From contig CAXXNF010000002.1 of assembly GCA_963666365.2 (NCBI GenBank), positions 768,001 through 832,000 of the forward strand: a stretch of 64,000 nt of DNA, written 5' to 3'. Below the pieces are notes generated by a model. That model searched no databases. It was not told the origin of the DNA and worked only from the letters and a program-made list of their open reading frames with translations. The DNA comes from Syntrophales bacterium. Lineage in GTDB: Bacteria > Desulfobacterota > Syntrophia > Syntrophales > UBA2210. Each line of letters begins with the position of its first letter. Position 1 is the stretch's first letter. Of the stretch, positions 10,731 to 21,377 are shown piece by piece. The position numbers and the translations under genes were made by a program.

Positions 10731-11108
10731 CTATCGTTCCAAAATCACAACTGCAGACGCATAGTGAATCGTATGAGTGATACTGACGTGCACGGCTGTC
10801 GCATTTATCCGCTTCATGGCATTTTCTGCGGCACCCTGGAGCCGTAGAGAAGGCTTCCCCCGTGCATCAAGCGCTACCTCGATTTGATTGAATGGAATCC
10901 CGTCGCCTATTCCACAGCCGAGACATTTCAAAAAGGCTTCTTTCACAGCAAAACGTGCCGCGTAGTGCTGAGAGGGGTGTGATGTGCATGCACAATACAG
11001 CTGCTCATCCGTCCCGTAGATTTTTTTAGTGAAGCGATCACCCCAGCGTGCGATGATCTTCTCAATTCTTTCCACTTCCACGAGATCAATCCCGAGACCG
11101 CAGATCAC
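10731..11108 (-). CDS. acpS: Holo-ACP synthase
   Basis: GLGIDLVE, AARFAVKEAFLK, HVSITH. Confidence 0.95.
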   Translation of the reverse strand: MICGLGIDLVEVERIEKIIARWGDRFTKKIYGTDEQLYCACTSHPSQHYAARFAVKEAFLKCLGCGIGDGIPFNQIEVALDARGKPSLRLQGAAENAMKRINATAVHVSITHTIHYASAVVILER

Positions 11109-11109
11109 A

Positions 11110-12303
11110 TTAACTCCTCACAATTGCATCGGTCACCGCGGCCACGTTCTTCATGGCCGCCACGTCGTGCACCCGTACGATATGCGCCCCGTGAATAATG
11201 GATGCCGCAACGGTCGCCGCCGTTCCTTCCACACGTTCCCTGGGTTCACCTCCGGTAATGCGGCGGATAAAACCCTTACGGGACGTCCCGATCAAGATCG
11301 GCCGTCCCAGCGTCCTGAATTCTTCCAAGCGCTTGATAAGTCTAAAATTGTCTTCGGCTGTTTTACCGAATCCGATGCCGGGATCAATAATAATACGTTC
11401 TCTCTCAATACCGAGTAACTGCGCCGCCTCAATGCGCTCACGCAGAAAATTGATAATATCGCCGCAGAGCGAATGATAGTTCAGATCGTTCTGCTGCATT
11501 GTCTTCGGCGTTCCCCTCATGTGCATCAACACCACCGGAACTCCCGACGCAGCAACAACGTTTCCCATTGCCTCATCGTCACGAAGTGCACTGATATCAT
11601 TAATCATCTCCGCCCCTTCGTCCACAGCGGCCCGCGCCACCTGCGCCTTGCGTGTATCCACGGATATGGGCACACGCACCGTGGATTTTAACGCCTTTAC
11701 CAGGGGAACAACCCGTTTCAATTCATCGGATAACGGCACGGAATCTGAACCGGGCCTCGTCGACTCGCCTCCCACATCGATGATATCCGCACCCTCCTCC
11801 TCCATCTGCGATGCACGGGCAATCGCTTTTTCAAGAGAATCGTAATGACCGCCGTCGGAAAAAGAATCGGGAGTCACATTGACAATTCCCATGACAAGCG
11901 TCCGTTCTCCGATAGAAATTTCTCTTTCAGGAGTTTTTATTAAAAAAGAGTTTCGCGATGTGTTTTCTATGGAATCCTTTATTTGTTCGGCAATTGCCTT
12001 CATGCCGAAGGGTTGCCGTTCTATTTTTTTTATAAATCTCTCAATCTGTTTTACCGTTCCCATTACAACGGCATCGGTTGTTTCTATGCTGCAGTCGACG
12101 GTACCCCGTGCAACCGCCACATCTCCTCCCAGGGAAAGCATTTCCTGCTTCATGATATTTGCAACCTTGCAGGCAAGCCCTTCAAGCGCAAGGACAAAGT
12201 GCTGCATTTTCGGAAGCATTGCGGTAATTCCGTAAGGATCTACGCCTACCCTTTTAAGCTCCTCAAGGGCATCTTCTTTTGAAGTGAGGTGAAGGACACG
12301 CAT
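11110..12303 (-). CDS. folP: Dihydropteroate synthase with N-terminal extension
   Basis: MGIVNVTPDSFSDGG, DVGGESTRPG, DPGIGFGK, SRKGF, IVRVHDV; about 130 aa extra N-terminal domain. Confidence 0.95.
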   Translation of the reverse strand: MRVLHLTSKEDALEELKRVGVDPYGITAMLPKMQHFVLALEGLACKVANIMKQEMLSLGGDVAVARGTVDCSIETTDAVVMGTVKQIERFIKKIERQPFGMKAIAEQIKDSIENTSRNSFLIKTPEREISIGERTLVMGIVNVTPDSFSDGGHYDSLEKAIARASQMEEEGADIIDVGGESTRPGSDSVPLSDELKRVVPLVKALKSTVRVPISVDTRKAQVARAAVDEGAEMINDISALRDDEAMGNVVAASGVPVVLMHMRGTPKTMQQNDLNYHSLCGDIINFLRERIEAAQLLGIERERIIIDPGIGFGKTAEDNFRLIKRLEEFRTLGRPILIGTSRKGFIRRITGGEPRERVEGTAATVAASIIHGAHIVRVHDVAAMKNVAAVTDAIVRS

Positions 12304-12533
12304 TTCCCTTTTTCTTTCATCATTGCCTATGTCACGACTGTGTTTACAAAATCCCGCCGACACCCTTGGGAAGAATTGAAGGACTGATACCGCCTCTTCC
12401 CTTTCAAACTGTTGTCAACGGGACAAGATCACATTATTCAGTTCGCATAATGCAGGCACAGGACTGTGCGCCCGGCTCTCATATCAATCACGCCTGGACG
12501 TGCCGTTTCATCTGACGTCCAGAGGCGCCTCCT

Positions 12534-14372
12534 CTACACTGCCGTCTCCCTCTCCGGGGCTTGCTGTCGATCGGAGTCCCCTTCAGTGCTCATTCCCACA
12601 AGTGCATCAAGTTCTTCAGTGTTGAGGACCTCTTTTACGAGAAGTTCCTGTGCAAGCTTCTCGAGGATATCGATGTGATCGGAAAGGAGTTTCTTTGCCC
12701 GGGTGTAATTGTCCCGCACCACCTTCGACACTTCTGCGTCAATTTTCTGTGCCGTCTGTTCACTGTAGTCTCTGTGCGTGGCAATTTCTCTTCCCAGGAA
12801 AATTTCCTCATCTTTTTTTCCATAAGTCAGCGGGCCCATTTCTTCGCTCATGCCCCACTCGCACACCATTTTCCTGGCGAGCTCTGTGGCCCTTTCTATG
12901 TCGTTTCCGGCGCCGGTGGTAAAATCCTTCAGGATCAGCTCTTCGGCGGCCCTGCCCCCGAGAAGAATTGCGATATTATTAACAAGAAACTTCCTGGGAT
13001 AGGTGTGCTTATCCTCTACGGGCAGCTGCTGCGTCAATCCAAGCGCCCTGCCGCGGGGAATGATTGTCACCTTGTGAATGGGGTCTGTTCCGGGGATCAG
13101 TTTTGCCACAAGTGCATGGCCTGCTTCATGGTAGGCGGTACCCCGCTTTTCTTCATCGCTGATTACCATGCTTCTCCGTTCGGACCCCATGAGCACTTTA
13201 TCCTTGGCAAATTCAAAATCCGCCATAGTGACCTGATCATTGTTCTGTCGTGCAGCCCTCAAGGCCGCCTCGTTTATCAGGTTTTCGATATCGGCGCCGG
13301 AAAATCCGGGGGTGCCGCGTGCAATGATTCCAAGATTGACATCAGTGGCAAGAGGCACCTTTTTTGCGTGGACATGGAAAATTTTTTCTCTTCCCTTTAC
13401 ATCGGGCAGCGGTACTACCACCTGCCGGTCGAAGCGACCGGGCCTCAGCAGTGCGGGATCGAGCACATCGGGTCTGTTTGTCGCCGACATGATAATGACC
13501 CCCTCGTTGGACTCAAAACCGTCCATCTCCACCAGAAGCTGATTCAGGGTTTGCTCCCGCTCGTCATGTCCTCCGCCGAGACCGGCGCCGCGGTGCCGCC
13601 CCACGGCATCAAGCTCGTCGATGAATATTATGCAGGGGGCGTTTTTCTTCCCCTGCGTAAAGAGGTCGCGTACACGGGATGCCCCGACGCCGACAAACAT
13701 TTCCACAAAGTCGGAACCGCTGATGCTTAAAAAGGGAACACCCGCCTCTCCGGCAATCGCCCTGCCCAGGAGCGTTTTTCCTGTGCCGGGAGGTCCTACG
13801 AGCAGTACGCCTTTCGGTATCCGTCCTCCCAGTTTTGTAAATTTCTTAGGATCACTGAGGAATTCAACTACTTCCTCCAGTTCCGCTTTCGCCTCATCGA
13901 TGCCCGCCACATCATTGAAGGTGACTTTCTTTGACTTATCCGTCATCAGGCGGGCCCTGCTTTTCCCGAATGACATGGCTTTTCCGCCGCCCGACTGCAT
14001 CTGGCGCATGAAAAATACCCACACACCTACAAGAAGAATAATCGGCAGCCAGGAAATGAGAATCGTCATGTACCAGGAGGTGCCCTCCGCCGGTTTCGCG
14101 GCGATGCGCACTCCTTTTTCCCTCAGGAGGGGCACAAAGGTTGAACCGGGAGGCACATACGTTTTAAAGGTCTTGCCGTCAATCATTCTTCCCGATACCG
14201 TCTCGCCCTGTATCGTCACTTCCGCAACCTGTCCTTTTTCCACAAGACTGAGCAGATCGCTGTAAACGATACCGTCATCCTTGCCCTGGGGTTGATTAAA
14301 CATATGGAACAGAAATATAAACACCAGACATACCACGATCCACATGGCAATATTTTTTTGCAATTGATTCAC
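12534..14372 (-). CDS. ftsH: ATP-dependent zinc metalloprotease FtsH
   Basis: Two TMs, GPPGTGKT Walker A, IIFIDE, HEAGH zinc motif. Confidence 0.98.
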   Translation of the reverse strand: MNQLQKNIAMWIVVCLVFIFLFHMFNQPQGKDDGIVYSDLLSLVEKGQVAEVTIQGETVSGRMIDGKTFKTYVPPGSTFVPLLREKGVRIAAKPAEGTSWYMTILISWLPIILLVGVWVFFMRQMQSGGGKAMSFGKSRARLMTDKSKKVTFNDVAGIDEAKAELEEVVEFLSDPKKFTKLGGRIPKGVLLVGPPGTGKTLLGRAIAGEAGVPFLSISGSDFVEMFVGVGASRVRDLFTQGKKNAPCIIFIDELDAVGRHRGAGLGGGHDEREQTLNQLLVEMDGFESNEGVIIMSATNRPDVLDPALLRPGRFDRQVVVPLPDVKGREKIFHVHAKKVPLATDVNLGIIARGTPGFSGADIENLINEAALRAARQNNDQVTMADFEFAKDKVLMGSERRSMVISDEEKRGTAYHEAGHALVAKLIPGTDPIHKVTIIPRGRALGLTQQLPVEDKHTYPRKFLVNNIAILLGGRAAEELILKDFTTGAGNDIERATELARKMVCEWGMSEEMGPLTYGKKDEEIFLGREIATHRDYSEQTAQKIDAEVSKVVRDNYTRAKKLLSDHIDILEKLAQELLVKEVLNTEELDALVGMSTEGDSDRQQAPERETAV

Positions 14373-14430
14373 CTGTTTTTTTGCTCCTTTTTGATTCAGG
14401 ACCTTCCTTAAACAGAAATTAACTAAAATT

Positions 14431-15852
14431 TCAAATTATTTCTGCTTTTAATATTTTTTTCGTCGCCGACGTCACCTTGACCCTGTCGCTGAGACATACT
14501 CCCGCAACCCAGACAATCGATTTCCCGTCCTCTATGACCGGGATTCGACTGCGACGATATCGGGGAATCTTCCTATCAATGAACATCGATTTTATCTTTT
14601 TTGTTCCCTTCATGCCCAGGGGTTGCACGGTATCGCCCAATCTGACATTACGCACCCGAAGAGGAAATTCAAGTGTAGCGCAATCCATAAAAACACGTTC
14701 CGGCATTGTGAAATCAACTGCCGCCGCATCAACGATCCCGCAGACAATGGACCGTGAAATCTCCCTTATCGCCACAACAGCGGACATCTGTAAAGTATAA
14801 CAGAATTGAGGCGCCGCTTCTGTTGCCGTTTTTTCAGCGCCCCTGCCCTCATTCCCTCCCCTTTCGAACACAAGGCGGTCGTATTCTCTCCGCACCCTGA
14901 CGTCTCCGCCGATATGCACGACCCCCTGCGGTTTTCCGCCCTGAAGAAAGTCGATTACCGCCTTCACGTGGCGATATTCCGCGTTATGTTTTGCGTCGGA
15001 TACAGTCCCGATGAGGCGGCGTATAATACGGCGCTGCAAGGCAGTATGAATACTCTTGAATTCATTGACACTTACCGCGGGGGAGAATGTGCCATTCGCC
15101 ACATCCCACTCCGCCAGCAACTTCTCCACTTTCAAATTGAGATATTCTTCCTCCATCCGCAGTACATTGACCATCTGCCCGATATTTCTAAGCAACTGAG
15201 GGTTATATGATTGTACCAGCTCGGGCAGTATTTTTTTACGCACCCGGTTTCTCAGGTACCGTTCATCCTCGTTCGTTGAATCGGACACATGGCACACACA
15301 CGTTTCCTGAAGAAACGCAATGACTTCCGCCCGCGTCGTTTCAATCAGGGGACGGATATAAAACCCGTCCCGCACAGGCAGCATTCCCCTCAATCCACTC
15401 AATCCGGCGCCCCGCATCACCTTCATGAGTACTGTTTCCGCCTGATCATCCAAGGTATGTCCCAGGGCAATCTTTGTCAATCCCCGGAGATATTTTATCT
15501 GATTGAAGTACTTGTAGCGCTCATTCCTTGCAAGATCTTCAATCGATCCTCTTACACTCTGCCGGATCTTGGGAATTGAAATATAGCGGCTGTCAACCAC
15601 TATATCCAGCTGTTCAGCAAGACTTTTTACAAACAGTTCGTCCCGGTCCGACTCATTATCGCGAAGGCCATGATTCACATGGATAATGGAGAGGGATGCA
15701 CCGTAATCGATCCCGATAGAGCGCAGCGCATGCAAGAGCGCAACAGAATCGGCGCCGCCGGAAAGGGCAATCCCGATCCGGTCGCCATTGTCGATCATTG
15801 CATGGGCCTCTACGGTTTTTTTTACTTTGCTTAGAAATCCTTCCCCCATCAC
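14431..15852 (-). CDS. tilS: tRNA(Ile)-lysidine synthetase
   Basis: [10 protein letters not shown]-loop, [22 protein letters not shown]; adjacent to ftsH. Confidence 0.95.
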   Translation of the reverse strand: MMGEGFLSKVKKTVEAHAMIDNGDRIGIALSGGADSVALLHALRSIGIDYGASLSIIHVNHGLRDNESDRDELFVKSLAEQLDIVVDSRYISIPKIRQSVRGSIEDLARNERYKYFNQIKYLRGLTKIALGHTLDDQAETVLMKVMRGAGLSGLRGMLPVRDGFYIRPLIETTRAEVIAFLQETCVCHVSDSTNEDERYLRNRVRKKILPELVQSYNPQLLRNIGQMVNVLRMEEEYLNLKVEKLLAEWDVANGTFSPAVSVNEFKSIHTALQRRIIRRLIGTVSDAKHNAEYRHVKAVIDFLQGGKPQGVVHIGGDVRVRREYDRLVFERGGNEGRGAEKTATEAAPQFCYTLQMSAVVAIREISRSIVCGIVDAAAVDFTMPERVFMDCATLEFPLRVRNVRLGDTVQPLGMKGTKKIKSMFIDRKIPRYRRSRIPVIEDGKSIVWVAGVCLSDRVKVTSATKKILKAEII

Positions 15853-15862
15853 CTGTTTCCCA

Positions 15863-16507
15863 TCAATAAAACAACCTCTGCAATTCCCCGATTTCTTCGC
15901 AACAATAATCAGGCCTGAGATTGAGCAATTCTCTGCGATGCGTCAGGCCGTTGAGAAGGGCGCAGCTCAATGCTCCTGCATTTTTTGCAAACATGATGTC
16001 ATGCACACCGTCTCCGATGACGGCGGTCGCTTTACCGGCAACCGAGAATCTATCCAGGTACGGCAGCAGAAGGCGTCTGTCCGGCTTCGTGTAGGGCTTT
16101 GAATCCATGCCCACTATTTCCTCAAAATATACTTCAATCCCGAGACCGCGAGCGATGTTAAGAGTCAGATATTCCATTTTGTTCGTGATTATTATTTTGG
16201 GGATTGCGCGAAAATGATTCAGAATGACTTCTACTCCGGGATACAATGTCGTGGTATCCAGGAGATGCGATTCATAATAGGAAAGAAAAATTTTTCTTGC
16301 TTTTTCAATGTCCTGTTTCCTTTCCTCTCCCAGGGATCGTTCGATCAGTTTCTTCACTCCGTCGCCGATGAACCGTTTCACTGTCTGTATATCAAGGGTG
16401 GGCGCGTTCAGCGTTCGCAAGGTATGATTGACGGCATCGGCAAGATCCTGCCCCGATTGTACCAGCGTCCCGTCAAAATCAAAGACCATAAAATCTATTT
16501 TTTCCAT
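15863..16507 (-). CDS. HAD-family hydrolase (phosphoglycolate phosphatase-like)
   Basis: FDFDGTL motif I, ITNK, KPD, IGDGVHD. Confidence 0.85.
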   Translation of the reverse strand: MEKIDFMVFDFDGTLVQSGQDLADAVNHTLRTLNAPTLDIQTVKRFIGDGVKKLIERSLGEERKQDIEKARKIFLSYYESHLLDTTTLYPGVEVILNHFRAIPKIIITNKMEYLTLNIARGLGIEVYFEEIVGMDSKPYTKPDRRLLLPYLDRFSVAGKATAVIGDGVHDIMFAKNAGALSCALLNGLTHRRELLNLRPDYCCEEIGELQRLFY

Positions 16508-16655
16508 TATGTATTCCTGTCGGTTGTGTAATCGCATCCCTGTGGTTCAAGTACAGCTGAATATACCATCTGTCCCCTATGTGACAAGGTTAAAATGAGC
16601 GGTGAAATTTGTTGCTGTTGACATAACCCGACCATCTATGGTAGGTGCGTAGATA

Positions 16656-16686
16656 TCGCTTGGATCCAGGAACTGGACTGAGACGA
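16656..16686 (+). ncRNA. pan RNA motif (cis-regulatory hairpin upstream of pantothenate genes)
   Basis: CG-CTTGG-A-TCCAG-gaa-CTGGA-CTGAG-A-CG: hairpin with two bulged adenosines on opposite strands, in the leader of panG-like/panB. Confidence 0.7.
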
Positions 16687-16720
16687 AGTGGTCAGAGTGT
16701 AGAAAATGTGCCGTTTTTAT

Positions 16721-16754
16721 AGACCCTTCCGACTTCAGTCTGAAGGGTTTTTTT
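16721..16754 (+). terminator. Intrinsic terminator/attenuator in the pan leader
   Basis: AGACCCTTCCGAC-ttca-GTCTGAAGGGTTTTTTT, about 20 nt before the start codon. Confidence 0.75.
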
Positions 16755-16770
16755 GTAAAAAAGGCCTCAG

Positions 16771-17661
16771 GTGATCATGAAGAGGGATGCTATCGCCATT
16801 ATCGGGGCGGGTAAAGTTGGCACTGCCGTCGGGTACCTATTACGAACGGCGGGATACCGCATTGTTGCCCTTGCGGATCTTTCCGGTGATGCGCTGAAGC
16901 GCGGCGCCGAATACACGGGCGGGGACACCTTCACCGACCCGGCAAGGGCCTGCGCTATGGCAGATGCGGTGTTTATCACCACCGTCGATGACATGATTGC
17001 CCCGGTCTGTCGAGATCTGGCCTCCAGGGACGCCATCAAACCGGGACAGAAGGTTGTTCATATGAGCGGCGCCGGCGGGCTGGATCTTCTCGAATCCGCA
17101 CGGGCTTCAGGTGCTCTGGTGGCAAGCATCCACCCGCTTCAGTCATTTGTTGATGTGCGTGGCGTAATCGAAAATATTCCCGGAAGTACTTTCAGCATCA
17201 CCGCGCAGCAGGAAATCACCACCTGGGCGGTTCAAGTGGTAAAAGATCTTGGGGGCATTGCCTTTTTTGTCGCCGACGAGGACAAACCGCTCTACCACGC
17301 CGCCGCCTGCATTGCTTCAAACTACCTGGTTACATTGATGAACATCGTTGTCTCACTCTACGGTCGTCTGGGACTTGATCCCGAAGAGGCGGTAACAGCA
17401 TTCTGGCCTCTCGTGAAAGGCACCATCAACAATATAGAGCACCGGGGACCGCAAAAAGCACTCACGGGGCCTATTTCGCGTGGAGATGTCGAAACAATTC
17501 GAAAACATCTCGATGTCCTTCACACGAAGGCCCCTTCCACTCTTTCGTTATATGCCGAACTTGGGCTGTTAACTGTGGAAATCGGATTAAAGAACAGCTC
17601 GCTTTCGAAGGATAAAGCGGAAGAAATTCTCTCACTTTTAAAAGGAGATCATATGTCATGA
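16771..17661 (+). CDS. Rossmann-like + DUF2520 protein (PanG-type ketopantoate reductase candidate)
   Basis: [42 protein letters not shown]; overlaps panB start (ATGA). Confidence 0.85.
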   Translation: MIMKRDAIAIIGAGKVGTAVGYLLRTAGYRIVALADLSGDALKRGAEYTGGDTFTDPARACAMADAVFITTVDDMIAPVCRDLASRDAIKPGQKVVHMSGAGGLDLLESARASGALVASIHPLQSFVDVRGVIENIPGSTFSITAQQEITTWAVQVVKDLGGIAFFVADEDKPLYHAAACIASNYLVTLMNIVVSLYGRLGLDPEEAVTAFWPLVKGTINNIEHRGPQKALTGPISRGDVETIRKHLDVLHTKAPSTLSLYAELGLLTVEIGLKNSSLSKDKAEEILSLLKGDHMS

Positions 17662-18476
17662 GTACACAGGGAGAAATGCGTACCATTACTACCGCCGTGG
17701 TAAAGGAAATGAAGAAAAAAGGCGAAAAAATAACCATGCTCACCGCCTATGATTTCAGTATGGCCGCTGTGATGGATGAAATCGGCATCGACATGATTCT
17801 GGTGGGAGATTCTCTGGGAATGGTGGTGCTGGGATACGACAGCACGCTCCCCGTCACAATGGATGATATGATTCATCACACGAAAACCGTTACCCGTGCA
17901 ACGAAACGAATCATGGTCATTGCCGATATGCCATTCATGTCCTATCAGGCTTCTCTTGACGACGCCATTGTAAATGCAGGACGGCTCCTGAAGGAGGCGG
18001 GCGCCCAGGGAATCAAGCTTGAGGGTGGTGAAGAAATTGCCGAAAAGGTGCGAAGGATCAGCGCCGCCGGCATCCCCGTAATGGGCCATCTGGGTTTGAC
18101 GCCCCAGTCGGTTCATCAATTCGGAGGCTACAAGGTGCAGGGAAAACAGAGCGACGCCGCCCAAAAGATGGTCAATGATGCAAAAATCCTTGAAGAATCT
18201 GGCGCCTTTTCAGTGGTGCTTGAATGCATCCCCTCAGAACTGGGCAGAAAGATCAGTGAATCACTCTCCATTCCGACTATCGGTATCGGCGCGGGTCCTC
18301 ACTGCGACGGGCAGGTGCTTGTGGTACACGACATGCTCGGCATGTATGATAAATTTACCCCGAAATTTGTAAAAAAATACGCCGATCTGAACAGCAAGAT
18401 GAAAAAGGCTTTCAAGGAATACATTGAGGAGGTTAAGTCGGGCGCGTTCCCGGGTCCCGAACATTCATTCAAGTAA
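17658..18476 (+). CDS. panB: 3-methyl-2-oxobutanoate hydroxymethyltransferase
   Basis: [38 protein letters not shown]. Confidence 0.97.
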   Translation: MSTQGEMRTITTAVVKEMKKKGEKITMLTAYDFSMAAVMDEIGIDMILVGDSLGMVVLGYDSTLPVTMDDMIHHTKTVTRATKRIMVIADMPFMSYQASLDDAIVNAGRLLKEAGAQGIKLEGGEEIAEKVRRISAAGIPVMGHLGLTPQSVHQFGGYKVQGKQSDAAQKMVNDAKILEESGAFSVVLECIPSELGRKISESLSIPTIGIGAGPHCDGQVLVVHDMLGMYDKFTPKFVKKYADLNSKMKKAFKEYIEEVKSGAFPGPEHSFK

Positions 18477-18498
18477 TCGTCACGGATAAGGTGCGCCT

Positions 18499-19293
18499 TC
18501 ATGTATTTTTTCTACTGAAGGCGCGCACCGCTTCGAAGAATTCCGGCGCGAAACAGCAAATGCTCTGATTCCGGTTTTCCATCTCAATGGCCATTTCAAG
18601 CGATTGTGCGTCAATATTCTGATTGAGAACTTCTTTGGTAAAGCGCAATCCCATGGGACTTTTTTCCAGCATACGACGCGCCGTTTCCATGGCCTTTTCT
18701 ATAAGATGTTCCCCATCGATAACAGTGGTTACCAGCCCGATGCGCTCCGCCTCTCTCGCCCCAACCGTGCGCCCGGTCAGTAGTATTTCCGATGACCGAG
18801 GCATTCCGACGGCCCGTGGTAAAAAATAGGAGGTTCCCATTTCACCTCCCGAAAGGCCGATATTGATGAAGGAAGGAGTAAATGTCGCCTCTTCACTGGC
18901 AACAATAACATCCGATGCCAGGGCGAGGCTCATGCCGCCTCCTGCGGCCGGACCGTTAACGGCGGCGATTATGGGCTGCGGCAAACGGCGCAATTCCAGT
19001 ACACGGTCGGCATATTTTTTCTGAATGTTGACCAGATGCATTGCCGGATTTGAAAACAATGAGGGATCAACCTCATCCTTCAGATCGGCACCAGCACAGA
19101 AGCCTCTTCCCTTCCCTGTAAGAATCAGCACCCGCACGATGGTGTTGTGCTGAAGGGAGTTAAAGAGTTCTTGAAAATCATCAAGCATACCCATATTAAG
19201 CGCATTGAGCCGTTCCTGACGGTTGAGCGTTATGATTCCGATGCCCTCTTCGAGTTCTTCAAACAATATCGTATCCAGTTTCATGCTCGTCAT
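18499..19293 (-). CDS. Enoyl-CoA hydratase/isomerase family protein
   Basis: FCAGADL, IAAVNGPAAGGG; canonical Glu pair replaced. Confidence 0.88.
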   Translation of the reverse strand: MTSMKLDTILFEELEEGIGIITLNRQERLNALNMGMLDDFQELFNSLQHNTIVRVLILTGKGRGFCAGADLKDEVDPSLFSNPAMHLVNIQKKYADRVLELRRLPQPIIAAVNGPAAGGGMSLALASDVIVASEEATFTPSFINIGLSGGEMGTSYFLPRAVGMPRSSEILLTGRTVGAREAERIGLVTTVIDGEHLIEKAMETARRMLEKSPMGLRFTKEVLNQNIDAQSLEMAIEMENRNQSICCFAPEFFEAVRAFSRKNT

Positions 19294-19809
19294 CCCTTCT
19301 AAGTAAGTCGACGCGGCAGCGCCGCTTACTTTTAATTATATTGATTAATTAGTCATCATAAGGAGCTTCTAAGCAACTGAATCATTTTCTCCCGCAAGAC
19401 GCCAAGAGGCAGAGAGATCATTTTTTATTTCCTCTTGTTCCCAGCGCCCCTGCGCCTCTGCGCGAAATTCTTTTTTCCTATACGCTGTCTGAGCGCAACG
19501 CGCGAGTTCGCCGGGACGGCTTCGCGAGACGCTGCATGGTTGAAACACCTGTCTGTGCCGGGCGCCGGATCATTCCCCTCAACGACATCAACTGAGAAAG
19601 AATGCAGCCTGGGGAACAGTGATGCCCGCCTCATGTACTTTTCACTATAATGCCGGTCCGTCGGCATGGGGAGCTTTTTATTCTTCCGAACAGCTTCGTC
19701 GATACGTGCCCCTCAGCCTCATCCGGTCATATGCCCATACACCAATTGAGCATTCCTTCCTCTGCACAACTCCGGTCCCAGGCGAAAACAATTTATATAA
19801 AGTACCTTT

Positions 19810-21069
19810 TCATCGGTCCTTTTGCAAAATTATGACCGAGCATGCGGCTTCCTCCAGTCCCATAACTCCGCCACCATTTTCCTGGAGCGCAAATTCGGCA
19901 TTTTTAATCTGCCGCGGACCTGCCTCACCGCGCAGTTGAGTTACTAATTCGTATATCATTGAAAGTCCGGTTGCACCGATGGGATGCCCCTTTGACACAA
20001 GTCCGCCCGAAGTATTGATGGGAATCTTTCCATCCAAGGCCGTTGCACCCGATTCCACAAATTTCCCCCCTTCGCCAATGGGACAGAATCCCATCATTTC
20101 GGACTGGTAGATTTCACAAAAAGAACAGGCGTCGTGTATCTCTGCAACATCAATATCTTCCGGTCCTATGTTCGAGAGAGCATAGGCCTGATCAGCGGCA
20201 ATCTTGCTCAGACTCGGTTCATCGGCATCGCGATACTTTCCCCCTGTCAACACCGTGGCGAGAACCTTAACTGCCCGATTTTGAACACTTGAAGGAAGCT
20301 CGTTCAGATACTCGCCACTACAGAGAATGACGGCTGCAGCGCCGTCTCCAATGGGGGAACACATTGAGCGGGTCAACGGATAACTGACCTCCCTGTCGGC
20401 AAGTACCTTTTCGACAGGCACTTCGAATTGATACTGAGCCTTCGGGTTCAAAGAACCGTTATAATGGTTTTTTGAGGCGCCTACTGCGATTTGTCGCTGG
20501 GTAGTCCCATATTTCTTCATGTGGTAACATGCCTGGATCGCGTAGGTATCCATAAACACTGTATGAGACCCAATCTCCGGGTCCCATTTCTTTCCGCATT
20601 TAGCCGCCGTGTCCATATAAACTTTTATCCATTGCTCCTTATCGAACTGATCAATCCCGTTTTGAAACCCCTTAAATATTAACTGGGGATCGACATCGGG
20701 ATGAAATATTTTGTCAACACCGATAGCGATGGATATATCACTGAAACCGCTTTGTATATCTTTCCATGCACCGTTAAGCGCCATAGATCCCGTTGCACAG
20801 GCGCTTTCAATGTTGAAAATTGGGACTCGCTCCGGAAAAAGCCCTTCCTGCACCAATGGACTAAAGCATACTTGGCCACCGATATTGCCCTGCTGCCATG
20901 CTGCCATTGAGGTACTCCCAAACCAGACGCATTTGAATTCATTGCCACTTTCTATCCCTGCATCTTTAAGAACTTGTAAGTAGGCATCGCGTGTTAGTTG
21001 TTTGTACGTTTTATCTGGCCATTTTTTAAATTGTGTGGAACAGGAACCGATAATATACACATCTTTCAT
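19810..21069 (-). CDS. Thiolase family protein (SCP2/SCP-x type)
   Basis: ESACATGS, AEIHDA, NTSGGLVSKGHPIGATG, ends LQENGGG without CxG motif. Confidence 0.9.
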   Translation of the reverse strand: MKDVYIIGSCSTQFKKWPDKTYKQLTRDAYLQVLKDAGIESGNEFKCVWFGSTSMAAWQQGNIGGQVCFSPLVQEGLFPERVPIFNIESACATGSMALNGAWKDIQSGFSDISIAIGVDKIFHPDVDPQLIFKGFQNGIDQFDKEQWIKVYMDTAAKCGKKWDPEIGSHTVFMDTYAIQACYHMKKYGTTQRQIAVGASKNHYNGSLNPKAQYQFEVPVEKVLADREVSYPLTRSMCSPIGDGAAAVILCSGEYLNELPSSVQNRAVKVLATVLTGGKYRDADEPSLSKIAADQAYALSNIGPEDIDVAEIHDACSFCEIYQSEMMGFCPIGEGGKFVESGATALDGKIPINTSGGLVSKGHPIGATGLSMIYELVTQLRGEAGPRQIKNAEFALQENGGGVMGLEEAACSVIILQKDR

Positions 21070-21302
21070 GCTGCCCCCCCCTTTTTTGAATTTAATTCAC
21101 GGTACAATAAAAAAATCAGTCAAATTTATAAAGCCTTCTATTAATATGTGCAAGAGGGGATATTGAAAAAAGAGGGATCAATAATCTTTACGGTCTGCGT
21201 AACATTCCATTTGTAAACAAGGGCGCTTCTTCGCAAAAGAATATTGTGAGAGAGAATGTATTGTGGACCCTGGGGTTCGTAAATTTTAAACAATTTTTAT
21301 AC

Positions 21303-21331
21303 TTGCCATATTTTGAATAATCACTTATAAG
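21303..21331 (+). promoter_or_regulatory. Putative sigma70 promoter of adk
   Basis: TTGCCA-17 bp-TATAAG with AT-rich upstream tract. Confidence 0.45.
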
Positions 21332-21377
21332 GTTACACTCTTCTTGGAAAATTCCTCTTTGAAAGGAGTCTTATACC

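Noticed and set aside
12561..13730. 389-aa plus-strand ORF
   Set aside because: Lies entirely antisense to the conserved ftsH AAA/protease region; no motifs; typical shadow ORF
19425..19667. 80-aa ORF between thiolase and crotonase
   Set aside because: No family recognised; runs into the palindromic repeat; possibly decayed sequence
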